Part shown: piece by piece, positions 1 to 11,243 of the stretch
How positions within the stretch are numbered: position 1 is the stretch's first letter
Layout of the letters: each line of letters starts with the position of its first letter
Assembly (NCBI GenBank): GCA_004764695.1
Contig: SMSO01000036.1
Span: forward strand, 2,294,001-2,358,000
Source: Schizochytrium sp. TIO01
Taxonomy: Eukaryota; Protista; Bigyra: Labyrinthulomycetes
Direction: 5' to 3'
Length of the DNA: 64,000 nucleotides
Position numbers and translations under genes: made by a program
Notes under the pieces: generated by a model
The model's input: the letters and a program-made list of their open reading frames with translations, nothing else
Databases searched by the model: none
Told to the model about the DNA's origin: nothing

Positions 1-1298
1 AAGAATCATTTAGGGCAGGATACAGGAACTAATCAATTTCCAAACATGAACGTCATTAATCGGTACTTCCAATTATATTTCCGAGAACCATTAAGATTTG
101 GGAGCGTAACATCAAGTGCATACCGTGAGCATTAGAATGTTCATTGGCCTATGTATCTTTCTATCTTTCTTCATTGAAGCTCGGATTGATTATCCGCAAA
201 CATAGGTATGAAAGCAGCCATAGGATTCAATAGCTTCGCCATTTGCCCTGCAGTAGACAGAAAGCTAGAAATCTGGGTGTTTTTAGAAACAATTGTAGAA
301 AAAAAAGGAAACTGCTCAAAACAAAGTTCTTAAGCATACATCAGAGTTGCATTTTAGCAATGCTCAGCTGCGGCTATATTTCACTTTAAATTCTCACCCT
401 TTTTTCTTTAATTTGATGGCCATTACGCACAACAAAAGAGTATATATACTGCCTGCTTTCAAACTTTTTTTTCATAGATGTGTCGTACTTCAACTACCGT
501 GGAAGAAAATTACTGTTCATTTTAAAATTTTAAAAAAGAAAATGAAAAGAAAAGAAAAGAAGATAATATTAAATTGAAAGTCTTGAGAATCCTTATTTTT
601 GTTTCTTTGTTGATCATCCCCGTACTACTTAAAACTCGGGAAAGGTTCTAAACAGGGGAAACCTCAAAAGCCTTGGTAGGACTTAATTGACCATTGAGAA
701 CCAGGGAAGAGCGATCTTGACTAAAAGAATATAAAAACTATAGTCATCAAAAGATAATTTTCCTTTATGAACACATTTTTCATCACACCGAACTTTTGTA
801 AATGGCAAATTGTTTGTTGAATTCCCGTACATGTAAAGAATACCAAGCATGTTTTAGGAATAAATTACGAATCAGAGCGTGTTCAGATTTTGGTGTTAAA
901 GCGCCATGCATGCAGAGAGTCGCTCATTCACAATGCTTGAATTAGCATAACCCGCAAAGTGATTCTATATAATACTAGTGTTGAGCTTGGTAGTTTGATG
1001 GATTGATGGATTGATAGATTGAGGAAAATATTTGGTTTTAGGGCAGTTGTATCTACCCACTCGCTGAGAACTACCTATAGTTCAGGAATGGCTTCACTTA
1101 TTAAGAAACTGAAAATGCTTGAATTTAACTAAAATGGATATAGCGCAGCAGAGAGGAGGAGAACAGGACAAGCGTCCTTCACTGCTTACCTCAAGTGGAT
1201 ATCTGAAGAGTATGCTATATTTGGAAAATAAAATAAATGTTACAATAAAACAAAAACATCATGTTTTTTATTATTTTAAAAAATCGCATAAACTTTTC

Positions 1299-3359
1299 TT
1301 AGGTGTACATGACCTTCAAATCAAATCCTGACTTGGCCTTTTTGGAGTCTGTGCGGAAGTAAAGAATCACCTGCTGGGAATATGCAGTGAGCGTGCTCTT
1401 CTTAACTTTGCCTGAGTACTCCTCAACCAGCATAGTGTCAACCTCACCTGCCTGAAGTGAGGCGATATCAGCTAGAGAAGGTGACAGCACCTCATACACT
1501 TCTAGAATATCGACGTTCTTCTGAGTCTCGCCATTTACATACAGGGTAACAACACCATCCTCCGGGGCTTGGATGATCCAGCACTGGTCCATATTCGCGG
1601 CATATGTTTTGCTGTCTGGGTTTGTACCAAGCTCTACCCATTCTCCCTGAGTGTTGAGCTCCACAATCTGGTTTGCATCCGTATCATTGCATTTGTTGGA
1701 CCAAGAGTAAGATGCCAACTTTGGACAGCTGCTTGCTTTGGATACACATGTCCAACTTGCTTCATCAAGGATGTAGTTCTTGTCGCAGCGACAGTATGTC
1801 TTCAAGAACTCGGACTCCTCTTCGTACGTGTAGGTATCTTGAGGATCTGGGAGCGTGATGCACACTCGATTTGCTTTCTTAAAGCAAGAAGTGGAGACTA
1901 CCGAGTCGCTACACTTGGGCTCGCAATCCTCATAGTAGCACTGTGCTAAAATCATCGCATTTGGACACGCAGGATATTCGTCAACGTTGGATGGGATGGT
2001 ACTCAGCGTTGGTGCTGGGGTCGGCTTTGTCGGCCTTGATGTAGGCAAGGGAGTTGGGTTCTTAGTAGGCCTTTCTGTAGGGAAATTCGTTGGTCTTTGG
2101 GTGGGCTCTGGCGTAGGATAATTTGTTGGTTTAAGGGTCGGTGCCATGGTTGGGGATTTGGTAGGCTTGGTGGGTTCCATTGTCGGTGCTAGAGTCGGCT
2201 TAGAAGTTGACGGTGTTGTTGAATCCTCGATCGGACTAGGCGTGGGACTTTCCGTTGGGCTCTCTGAAGTTTCAGCAAGAACGTGATTGTTGCAGTTAGA
2301 GGAGACACGCAAATCAATACAGTACCTTACTGCATAAGTTTTATTAGTCTTTGTTTTCACAGGGTGGTCAGCGAACAGGCGACATAGTCCTGAAGACGTA
2401 GAATCTCCGAAGAAGTTATATGAGAAACAGTAACTACTAGCTTTACATTTGCTCAGACAGGAATCTTCACTAATTCCAGTATAATCCAAATAATCACCTT
2501 CGTAGGTTGTATCGGTAGCGTCTGCTGGATTTTCAAACAAGCATGAACCATAGCCAAGAAGATGGGAGCAAGTTTCTGTAGAAGTACTACGAGGGCTGAC
2601 GGGATACATGCATACAGGAGTTCTCTCTGCAGCATATTCTGACTCGGAGTATGCATTGTCAAGCGCGACGACAGAAATGGCACCACTTGACTTCATCATA
2701 ATTGGATAGTTGTAGAAGCAAGCGCGTAGCTCAGAACCATAAGGCTCATCATCATATGAGGAGGACTTATAGCTGCTGTAGGAGTCTGAGGTTGAAGAGG
2801 TGTACGTGAGAAAGTCGCTAGAGTATCCGTCAGAGACGTAAGAGCCTGACCATGGAGCATAGCCCGTACCATAATCACTCTTTTTACAGCTGCTTCCCCA
2901 ATAGATAGTTACACCAAGGTTATTAGCCAGCTTGGAGGAGAGAAGGACTTTGTCGCTTGTAGGGTCGACGACCTGCTTCACGGGACCAATTTGGTATTTT
3001 CTAGAAGGTTGCCAACCCGTATAAACATCAACACCAGCGGCCACAACGGCCTTCTTCATAGCCTTTACTTGCGCATTGTTACGAAGCACAGCTGGGATGA
3101 TGGCGCGACTGTCGGGGTACTTTCTGGAGCAATATGTTGTGCTCTTATTCTTGGAATCGTAGAATTGGCTTTTGTAGCTAATTTTCTTGTCCAAATCAGC
3201 GAATCCTACACAATATCCTCCATTACTGCTGGTCGACGCAAAGTAGTAGTTCTCCATACAATATGAAGAAGTAGAGCTTCCATGGCTTAGGGTCACCATT
3301 TGGCAGGTTGCCACAATCGCGAGCAGGGCTGCCGCAGAGGCAGGCATTTCCACCTTCAT
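1299..3359 (-). CDS. Secreted lectin-array protein A1 (SP - C-type-lectin-like - PAN/apple - Pro/Thr stalk - TIL-like - CUB), 686 aa
   Basis: Intact ATG ORF with hydrophobic signal peptide. CxxxxxxxxxxxxxxC start, YC...PAVLRNNAQV, YTGW and PVCMY frame a CTL-like fold. PAN motif SEDSCLSKCKASSYCFSYNF; PT repeats; 10-Cys TIL pattern; CUB motifs [17 protein letters not shown] and FRTD..SGF. No TM or GPI tail. Confidence 0.85.
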   Translation of the reverse strand: MKVEMPASAAALLAIVATCQMVTLSHGSSTSSYCMENYYFASTSSNGGYCVGFADLDKKISYKSQFYDSKNKSTTYCSRKYPDSRAIIPAVLRNNAQVKAMKKAVVAAGVDVYTGWQPSRKYQIGPVKQVVDPTSDKVLLSSKLANNLGVTIYWGSSCKKSDYGTGYAPWSGSYVSDGYSSDFLTYTSSTSDSYSSYKSSSYDDEPYGSELRACFYNYPIMMKSSGAISVVALDNAYSESEYAAERTPVCMYPVSPRSTSTETCSHLLGYGSCLFENPADATDTTYEGDYLDYTGISEDSCLSKCKASSYCFSYNFFGDSTSSGLCRLFADHPVKTKTNKTYAVRYCIDLRVSSNCNNHVLAETSESPTESPTPSPIEDSTTPSTSKPTLAPTMEPTKPTKSPTMAPTLKPTNYPTPEPTQRPTNFPTERPTKNPTPLPTSRPTKPTPAPTLSTIPSNVDEYPACPNAMILAQCYYEDCEPKCSDSVVSTSCFKKANRVCITLPDPQDTYTYEEESEFLKTYCRCDKNYILDEASWTCVSKASSCPKLASYSWSNKCNDTDANQIVELNTQGEWVELGTNPDSKTYAANMDQCWIIQAPEDGVVTLYVNGETQKNVDILEVYEVLSPSLADIASLQAGEVDTMLVEEYSGKVKKSTLTAYSQQVILYFRTDSKKAKSGFDLKVMYT
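1514..2071. repeat. ~560-bp near-identical block shared by A1 and A2 (partner 7025..7582)
   Basis: Direct comparison at offset 5511 shows only a handful of mismatches, with sharp edges inside both ORFs. Confidence 0.9.
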
Positions 3360-3408
3360 TTCTGCAGCAAGCCTATGATTAAGCTATCCGCGCAACACTG
3401 CTTTGGAG

Positions 3409-3422
3409 TTTCAGGTTTGCAA
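3409..3422 (-). promoter_or_regulatory. Conserved proximal motif TTGCAAACCTGAAA upstream of A1 (also 8937..8950 for A2; TTACAAACCTGAA at 21010..21022 and 25841..25853)
   Basis: Exact 14-mer 50 and 49 nt upstream of the A1 and A2 ATGs in otherwise dissimilar flanks. Confidence 0.5.
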
Positions 3423-6400
3423 TCTACTTCTGCTGCCTCTACTGATAGTTCAACAAGGCATGTGCTTGTGCTGTTCTCGCTAATTTAATGCAAAATTACA
3501 GGAGTGTATTAACCTTCGATAGATGGTACTATAACCAATAACAACTACATATTGGTAGGATTGGCGAGAAGGTGTGAGCACCTGTGGCAGCATTTTCTCT
3601 TCTTTCACAAGATCTTATCATTCTCATTATCGCCTACTTTGCCGACTCTTTTACATCCACGTACTACTGATCTTTTCAGTTCCTGGTAAGCTAATTTTCC
3701 TCTTGAACTTTTTCCCGTGCTCCTCAGTGAGTTGAAACTATCCATTGTAAGCGGCCTATCACCTACCGCACGACTATCAGGGCTTGGGCATAAGGTACCT
3801 AACTTAGTGTAGGGTACAAATTATAGGCCGCGAGTATAGGTGCGTAAACTCGATCGTAGTCAATCAACTTGAACAAGCCTTCGCTGCCAAGGTGTGTTTT
3901 GCTGTTCTTTTTGTATAGCTTTATTTCTAGTAGTGGTTCCCGTCACTGCTTAAAAAAGAAGAAAATAGAAATTAGTTTTTAAGAAAGCAAAAGGAAATAA
4001 TAAGCAAATTTATAAAACTGAGACACTGAACAATATCAATCTTGTACACCGCCCAAACGGAAACCCGCAAACTCCAGCCAACTAAACTTTTCAAAGCCGC
4101 AAGTACCGCGCCCGTGGTCCCAAAGTAAAATCTTACCCTGGTGACTCGGCCAGATAGTCAAGCTATATCGCACGTGCCCGCCGAACGAGTTACTCACAAC
4201 CCCCAGATCCCCTGCACGTGATGACGAAAAGCGGAAACCAATGACTTAACCCTCAACCTCAGAAGAAGCCACAGCAGAAAAGAGCGAGAGAGGGTTTATA
4301 ATCAGCGTTACCCTAATTGATCATAGAGGACCTCCAGGATCCTTCATGAATAACTGACTCTGCTAAAAATTGTAATGTTTGCGAAGGCCTGGCTTTATAG
4401 GCAGTCTTACGGTCCCCATATGTGACTCTTATGGTCTTCGGGCCGCGCCGACACCAGTATTTCAGGATTAACGCATTCGCGTGGCGGAGATGCCCGGTGG
4501 GCCGGCTGCCATGACTGGAGTATCAGAGCGGAGCCCACGCACCGCGGACCTTATAACTCTTCGGAACACATCAGCTCGGAGCACAGGCTCGTGTTGCCAA
4601 TAGCATGATGCAGAGGAAGAGGAGACGGGTTGCGTGGGTGTAAATTCTTTTCAATTTTTGCAAAGAAAAAATACACAACCTGGCTCTAGCGTTACTAGAT
4701 ATGGTTAGGGGCATAATTCTAATATCAATTCAATGGAGGGTGCTGACCGACCTACCCTCCTATAGGCTACCCACCGCCAACACCATAAGCAACACCAGTA
4801 AGAAGAAACTATAACAACGTTGTTTCATGGAGAGCGCGAATAGAAAAGAAAAAACGCGCTCTCGTGGAATATAAAAAACGCGCTAGTTTACATTAGACCT
4901 TGCTCGTTGCTTTTGCAAAAGCTGTAAATCATAATAATTATCATCTGTAATAGAATGGGTAAACGAATGGTTTCGGCATTTGATGGCTGAATGTTTTGCT
5001 TTGACTTTAGTTTTATTCACGAGAATGGATATTGCTACCTTGGAATACAGCTTCTCACCAGTGAGTGGCTCACTAAGTTGTTGGAACTATCTTACCTGGT
5101 ACGCGGACACGAGAGCAGGAAATGGTCAAAGAAAAGTTTGTCCCTGTCTCGAATCTTTTGCGTACACTGCTGCACAAGATTTTCACCCTGAGGTCGAATG
5201 AGTTGGAAAGAGGGATTGGAACTCTGTGCACCAGACGACAGAATTTTCCGCGTACCCGGTTTAGCTGCGTACACACTGCAGCCTATCAATTAGCTGCTCA
5301 ATACCAATATGATATTGTTCGAAACCTCTTGCGTCTGTGTCAAGGGTTTCCCTATATTTTATTGCTACACTTTTGTTGATCAATTTTTTCATGAAGTTCC
5401 TTGCAACTGCCTTTGATTTAACTTTGTTGAATTGGTAGTCCTCAAGAACGTCAAATAAGATAGCTACAAGTATTGTGCCAGTTCAGAATTTTGAACTCGA
5501 CAAAAACTTCAAAAAGCTGACAAAAACGATTGAAGCCACAGTATGCATGCTGATCCAAATTCACAACATTGTACCTTCTATAAGAATTTCCTTTTGTAAA
5601 CTATGATGATCACTTTCCTCGGAGTCCAATAATCTTTCGCTTCGTGAGCTGCGATGTCCTCAAGTTTTCGGTCAGGAAATCGCGACGTAAAAATGGTTTC
5701 ATTCAAGCTTTATCCGGGTCATGGTACCTATGGTGTTCGACCTGGCAGATTGATTATATTCTATAAACGATTTAGCTTTGCACAAGCAACATAGTAGTAT
5801 ATATGCTGACAACGTCAAGCATGACGAGTCTTTCTGAGGTACGAGCTCATGCCTCAGCTGTTAAACAGGAGCTCTAAATAATAAGCTCACATCAAAATGA
5901 AGTTCGCGAGGACCTCTCGCACTCCATTTCCCCGACACTCATCCTGTATTCTCAAGAAGGTCAAGTTGTTCAAGGGAGCAAACATTTAGTTATACAGAAG
6001 AAGCCAAAACGTGAGGAGCCGAAAGCGAGAGACGCGGAGGCGAAATTGAAAATAGTGTGTACCTCTACGCTAGTAGTTAAATACTACTAGATAATACCAG
6101 GTCAAAGGAAGAAAGTGGGGAAAACACTCGAAGGATAACAGAGGGTTACCGGCTCGCAGTCATGAGTAACTATGAACGCAGAATTGCGGTTGAATGGATG
6201 AGTCTTTCAGAAGCGAGTCAATTCGAAAGACCGCCTCCAGTACATGTGTTGTAGCGGTCATTGATAATGCTCATGTATTGATATGGGGGGTGGATCCAGT
6301 ATGATTCTCATAGAAGTACAAGAAGACAGCGTCTGTACGCGGGAACATGTTGGATTTTTTGTCTCCAATTGTCGCCCAAGGAGGCTTTTTGAGTCAAGTT

Positions 6401-6809
6401 TTCCAAAAAGAAAGCCTGGCTGAGGAGTATTAAAAGAAATTTTTTGTTTTTTTGTTTTCAAGTTATACTTTACGGGGGAGAGGGGAACAGGTAGCTTTCA
6501 CATGTACCGGGACGTTAGATAGCATTTCTGTATAATCAATATTGACTTAGTTAGCCTAATAGCTCGGTACGCTGGCAAACTCTGCGTTGTAGCATGATAT
6601 TACCTTGATATGCTCAGGTGATTTGAATGTTTATCTGGACTCTTCTCTCTTTCTTTCTTAAAATTTGAAATAATACTAATTTTTAATTTAATTATTTTAA
6701 AAATAACAAAACAAAAAACTGAAAACAAAACTGGACAAGAGTCATGAAGAATGCATCAAACCAAACTTAATAGTTTGATTATTTGATGGATCTCGTACCG
6801 TCGTTTCTC

Positions 6810-8888
6810 TTACGTGTACATGACCTTCAAATCGAATCCCGACTTGGCCATTTTGGGGTTTGTGCGGAAGTAAAGAATCATCTGCTCGGTCCCTCCATGG
6901 ACAGTCACACTTTTAACTTTGCCTGAGTAGACTTGTTTAAGCATAGTCCCAACATCACCTGCCTGAAGTGAGGAGATATCTGCAGGTTCAGGTGAAAGTA
7001 TATCATACACTTCTAGAACGTCAGCGTTCTTCTGAGTCTCGCCATTTACATACAGGGTAACAACACCATCCTCCGGGGCTTGGATGATCCAGCACTGGTC
7101 CATATTCGCGGCATATGTTTTGCTACCTGGGTTTGTACCAAGCTCTACCCATTCTCCCTGAGTGTTGAGCTCCACAATCTGGTTTGCATCCGTATCAGTG
7201 CATTTGTTGGACCAAGAGTAAGATGCCAACTTTGGACAGCTGCTTGATTTGGATACACATGTCCAACTTGCTTCATCAAGGATGTAGTTCTTGTCGCAGC
7301 GACAGTATGTCTTCAAGAACTCGGACTCCTCTTCGTACGTGTAGGTATCTTGAGGATCTGGGAGCGTGATGCACACTTGATTTGCTTTCTTAAAGCAAGA
7401 AGTGGAGACTACTGAGTCGCTACACTTGGGCTCGCAATCCTCATAGTAGCACTGTGCTAAAATCATCGCATTTGGACACGCAGGATATTCGTCAACGTTG
7501 GATGGGATGGTACTCAGCGTTGGTGCTGGGGTCGGCTTTGTCGGCCTTAATGTAGGCAAGGGAGTTGGGTTCTTAGTAGGCCATGGTGTAGGGTTACGTG
7601 TTGGAAATTTGGTAGGTTCGGTGGGCTTCATCGTCGGTGCAATTGTCGGGCGGGGCGTTGGAGCATTTGTAGGATTTGTCGGGCTGGCGGTGGGACTTTT
7701 TGTTGGTGTTTCTGTCGGGTTCGTTGGCTTAGCGGTAGGACTTATTGTTGGACTATTTGTGGGCGGGGCGACAAAGTGGTTGTTGCAGTTAGAGGACACA
7801 CGCAAATCAACACAGTATGCCACTGTGTAAGCGTCGGTGGCCTCAACCACAGAAGGGTGGTCAGGGAACAGACGGCATATTCCAGAAGACGTAGAATCTC
7901 CAAGGAAATTATACGAGAGACAATAGCTTGTAGCTCTGCATTTGCTTAGACAGCTCGTTTCACTAATTCCTGTGTATTCTTGGTAGTCGCCTTCATAGTA
8001 ATTGTAATCATATTCTTTTGGATCTTGATACAAACACACACCATTTGTAATAAGATGTGGGCAATTTTCTAAAGTGCTACGAGGAGTGATAGAATACATG
8101 CACAGAGGCGGTCTCTTTTTAGCATATAACTCCTCAGATTCGTGGTCATCAAGCTCAACAACAGAGATGGTACCATCAGACTTCATGATGATCGGGTAGT
8201 TGTAGTAGCAATCGCGCCATGAAGAATCATACGGGTCAACGTATTCCGGCAATGAACTATAAGTCGGGTGAGCTTTGTAACCACCATAGTAAGAGTACAC
8301 GCGAAAATCAGAAGAGTATTGCTGGTGTGTCTTATAATAATCATCCTTCCAAGGAGCATAGTTACCGCCATAGTAGTGATCTTTAGAACATTCCGTTCCC
8401 CAATAGATGTTGACGCCAAGAAGGTCATTCAGCTCTGAGGAAGTAAGAACAGTTGACTTTACTGGGTCCACAACCTGTGTTATAGGACCAATATTGTAAC
8501 GTCTAGAAGGCTGCCATCCGATAAAGACATCCTTACCGATTGCCGCAACAATCTTTCTCATAAGTTTTACTTGGGCTTTATTGCGAAGTACAGCTGGGAC
8601 AATGCGGCGACTAATGCCTTCATATAAGCCGTCACAATGAACCTTATTGTTCAAAGATGGTCTCCAACTTTTCCTATTATAGAATTGAAGTTTAAAGGTG
8701 ATTTCTTCCTTAAAAGAGTCGGTTAAACCTCCCATGCAATAGCCTCCATCCTCGGTAGTCGACGCAAAATAGTAGCCATCTAAGCAAAAGTCGTCAAGAG
8801 AAGGTTCTGCATGGCTCAGGGTTAACATCTGACACATTAACACAATCGCGGGCACAAAAGCTGCAGACATGGACTTATTCACCTTCAT
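6810..8888 (-). CDS. Secreted lectin-array protein A2, 692 aa
   Basis: Same architecture as A1. TIL and first half of CUB nearly identical to A1; N-terminal half clearly diverged. Confidence 0.85.
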   Translation of the reverse strand: MKVNKSMSAAFVPAIVLMCQMLTLSHAEPSLDDFCLDGYYFASTTEDGGYCMGGLTDSFKEEITFKLQFYNRKSWRPSLNNKVHCDGLYEGISRRIVPAVLRNKAQVKLMRKIVAAIGKDVFIGWQPSRRYNIGPITQVVDPVKSTVLTSSELNDLLGVNIYWGTECSKDHYYGGNYAPWKDDYYKTHQQYSSDFRVYSYYGGYKAHPTYSSLPEYVDPYDSSWRDCYYNYPIIMKSDGTISVVELDDHESEELYAKKRPPLCMYSITPRSTLENCPHLITNGVCLYQDPKEYDYNYYEGDYQEYTGISETSCLSKCRATSYCLSYNFLGDSTSSGICRLFPDHPSVVEATDAYTVAYCVDLRVSSNCNNHFVAPPTNSPTISPTAKPTNPTETPTKSPTASPTNPTNAPTPRPTIAPTMKPTEPTKFPTRNPTPWPTKNPTPLPTLRPTKPTPAPTLSTIPSNVDEYPACPNAMILAQCYYEDCEPKCSDSVVSTSCFKKANQVCITLPDPQDTYTYEEESEFLKTYCRCDKNYILDEASWTCVSKSSSCPKLASYSWSNKCTDTDANQIVELNTQGEWVELGTNPGSKTYAANMDQCWIIQAPEDGVVTLYVNGETQKNADVLEVYDILSPEPADISSLQAGDVGTMLKQVYSGKVKSVTVHGGTEQMILYFRTNPKMAKSGFDLKVMYT

Positions 8889-10227
8889 TTTCGCCTGTTT
8901 ATATTAAAGGTTAGCCCACCACCCGATGTATATCTATTTCAGGTTTGCAAGTTGTCGTTCCCCTCCTTTCCCGAACTTTCATATTTTCAGTATGGTCTTC
9001 GTTGCAACTCTTCAAGTTATCTTACCAAATTGATACTTAAAACGTCCAAAAGCTACTTTTTCAGGTCAGAGAAGCAAAGAAATTAAAAACTAAGCAACCA
9101 GGTTCTTTTGTTTAATTTAAAAAAAAAAAAAACATAAAAAAACTTATTTTTTGAATATTAAAACTGCAAAGAGATCCTCACATATCAGATAATTTTCTGG
9201 ACAAAGTAGAAGCCAACATAGCGTGGTTTATAAATCAAGAGTTCAATAAGAAAGTGGAACTTGATCATCCATCAGATGTCCTTGATAAGTAAAGTATTTC
9301 CTCCCTGTTCTTTGTGCATTGCTCTTCCCTCACCTCTCTCTCACTAAGTAAGATATGCGTTTTTTAAAATTAAAACTTAAAATTAAATTAATGTTATAAA
9401 AAAACATAAAATAAAGGTGGAGATTTAAAAAAAAAAGCGGAGACGCTCACCAACTAAAGCAGACCCATCTGAGCATCTTGGTGTCTTACTTAAGCCTTAA
9501 ACCAAGCATAGAGGCCCTGAACATCATGACCTTTACAAGGCTTTAAATGGAAGCTGTACGTACTGATCGAAGATAATGAAGAGATTTTTAAACAACGGCA
9601 TTCTTCCCCTCAAAGACCACAGCAACAGAGCAACAAAGCAAGAAAGCAACAGTCAAAGCCCTTCTGCATGCAGATTCAGCCTATCTTCAACTCCTCTGGA
9701 GCATATATAGAAAACCCATCCGCTTTGATATTTTCAGAACAGCAGGTCGTTGAAAACAGCTGCCTTAGTGCGCTCAGCGATATTGACCGGTCTTAGTCGC
9801 AGCTATCTATTTGTAAAGTCCCAACGTACACGACCTGTATCATGACTCCGGTGGATCCTTCGTCACGGCTGACATGACAAAGAAAAGCAGCTTTTGGTAG
9901 TCATCTGAAACCAGGTCATGGCACAGGCTCATATCGTCACATCTTGGGCAGAGACGATGGCACCAGCGCATTTGCGGAGACGATGAATATCAAAACCGTT
10001 AACGTTTACACTGTGATAGGTAAAAAAGAAGAAGAAGAAAAGTAGAATAGCAGAAACGGCAAAAACAAAGCGCTTTGAAGAAAGAATATCACTGCCGGAA
10101 TAGCCAAAGACAAGTCTATGGTTTTGCAGATACCATCATGCAAGACTGACCTTGGATTCGATGTAGCCGGTGAGAAGACTTGTTCGTTTGTCCAGCGGGA
10201 TATAACATATAGAAAGCATTCGCGTGT

Positions 10228-10508
10228 GCTAGCCGGTGGTCATTTACGCTGAAATAAATCTATGATATGTGATTCGAACGTAATCTTCAGAGCTTCTATC
10301 TTCATAGAGGATTCACCTATCTAAGAAAGACTGTGGATTTGATAGAACTTGACGCATGGGACGTATGGTCGCGCAAGACTGAAACTGGACTCGAATTGGT
10401 CAGCCAGAAGAGTTGTTCACGTATCCAACAGAATACAGCATATAGATGGAATTCAAGCGCGCAAAACTGGCTAGCCGGTGGTCATTTACGCTGAAATAAA
10501 TCTATGAT
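10228..10508. repeat. Exact 39-bp direct repeat (10228..10266 and 10470..10508) with degenerate ~50-bp extension
   Basis: GCTAGCCGGTGGTCATTTACGCTGAAATAAATCTATGAT occurs twice, offset 242. Confidence 0.9.
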
Positions 10509-11243
10509 CTGTAACTCTAGTGTATTTTTAACAGCTTCTATCTGTCTGAAGGGTTCGCCTTTGTAGTGACTTATAAATATTGAATGTCTAGCAAGAACCA
10601 AAGGGACGACATAGTAAAATCAGCTACTACTATTAGCAAAAGAAACCTCCTTGCAGAACGATTGGTATTTTTGAAGTGAACTTTTGAAGGAAAGCTAGCG
10701 TTGGAGTGGGCTAAGTTTGATGCTTTGATATACAAATCAAACCGTTACAGTCGAAGCACGCCACTTCTATATCTGGTCTCAGTTTTAATAATTGACAAGA
10801 CCTTTCCAGAGGTTGGAGGATTCCATTGTAAAACCTCAAGAATGTATAACGAACATATGAATGAGAACAAGATACCACCATAGTGTGCATAAATCGCAAG
10901 AAACAAGTACGGATACACCTGAATTGATGGCTGTAGAGACAAGATAGCCTCACCTCGTCAATTATGCATAGCACGTACCAGCTATTTCTTGGACTCAGAT
11001 TCATAACATGACTCAGTCTGCCTTGAAATCCAACTTCAATTGAGCCTTCCTAAAGTCTTCATAAACATAGTTAAACTCAGGCTCATCAGATCTAGAGTTC
11101 ACTAGATATATACCATTTACCTTCCATCTTAAAATTCAATAGCACACTAAATTGTTTTGCACGATATAGATGGCATTTTCAGAATGATGATCCAGTTTCC
11201 TTTGAAAAGGTGCAAAGAAAAAGAAAAAAAGATTCATAAGTGT

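Noticed and set aside
4219-4240. Hammerhead-like GTGATGACGAAAAGCGGAAAC
   Set aside because: C3 missing, 2-bp stem II, and no convincing stems I or III.
10228-10508. CRISPR-like repeat
   Set aside because: Only two copies with a 203-bp gap, eukaryotic context, no cas genes.
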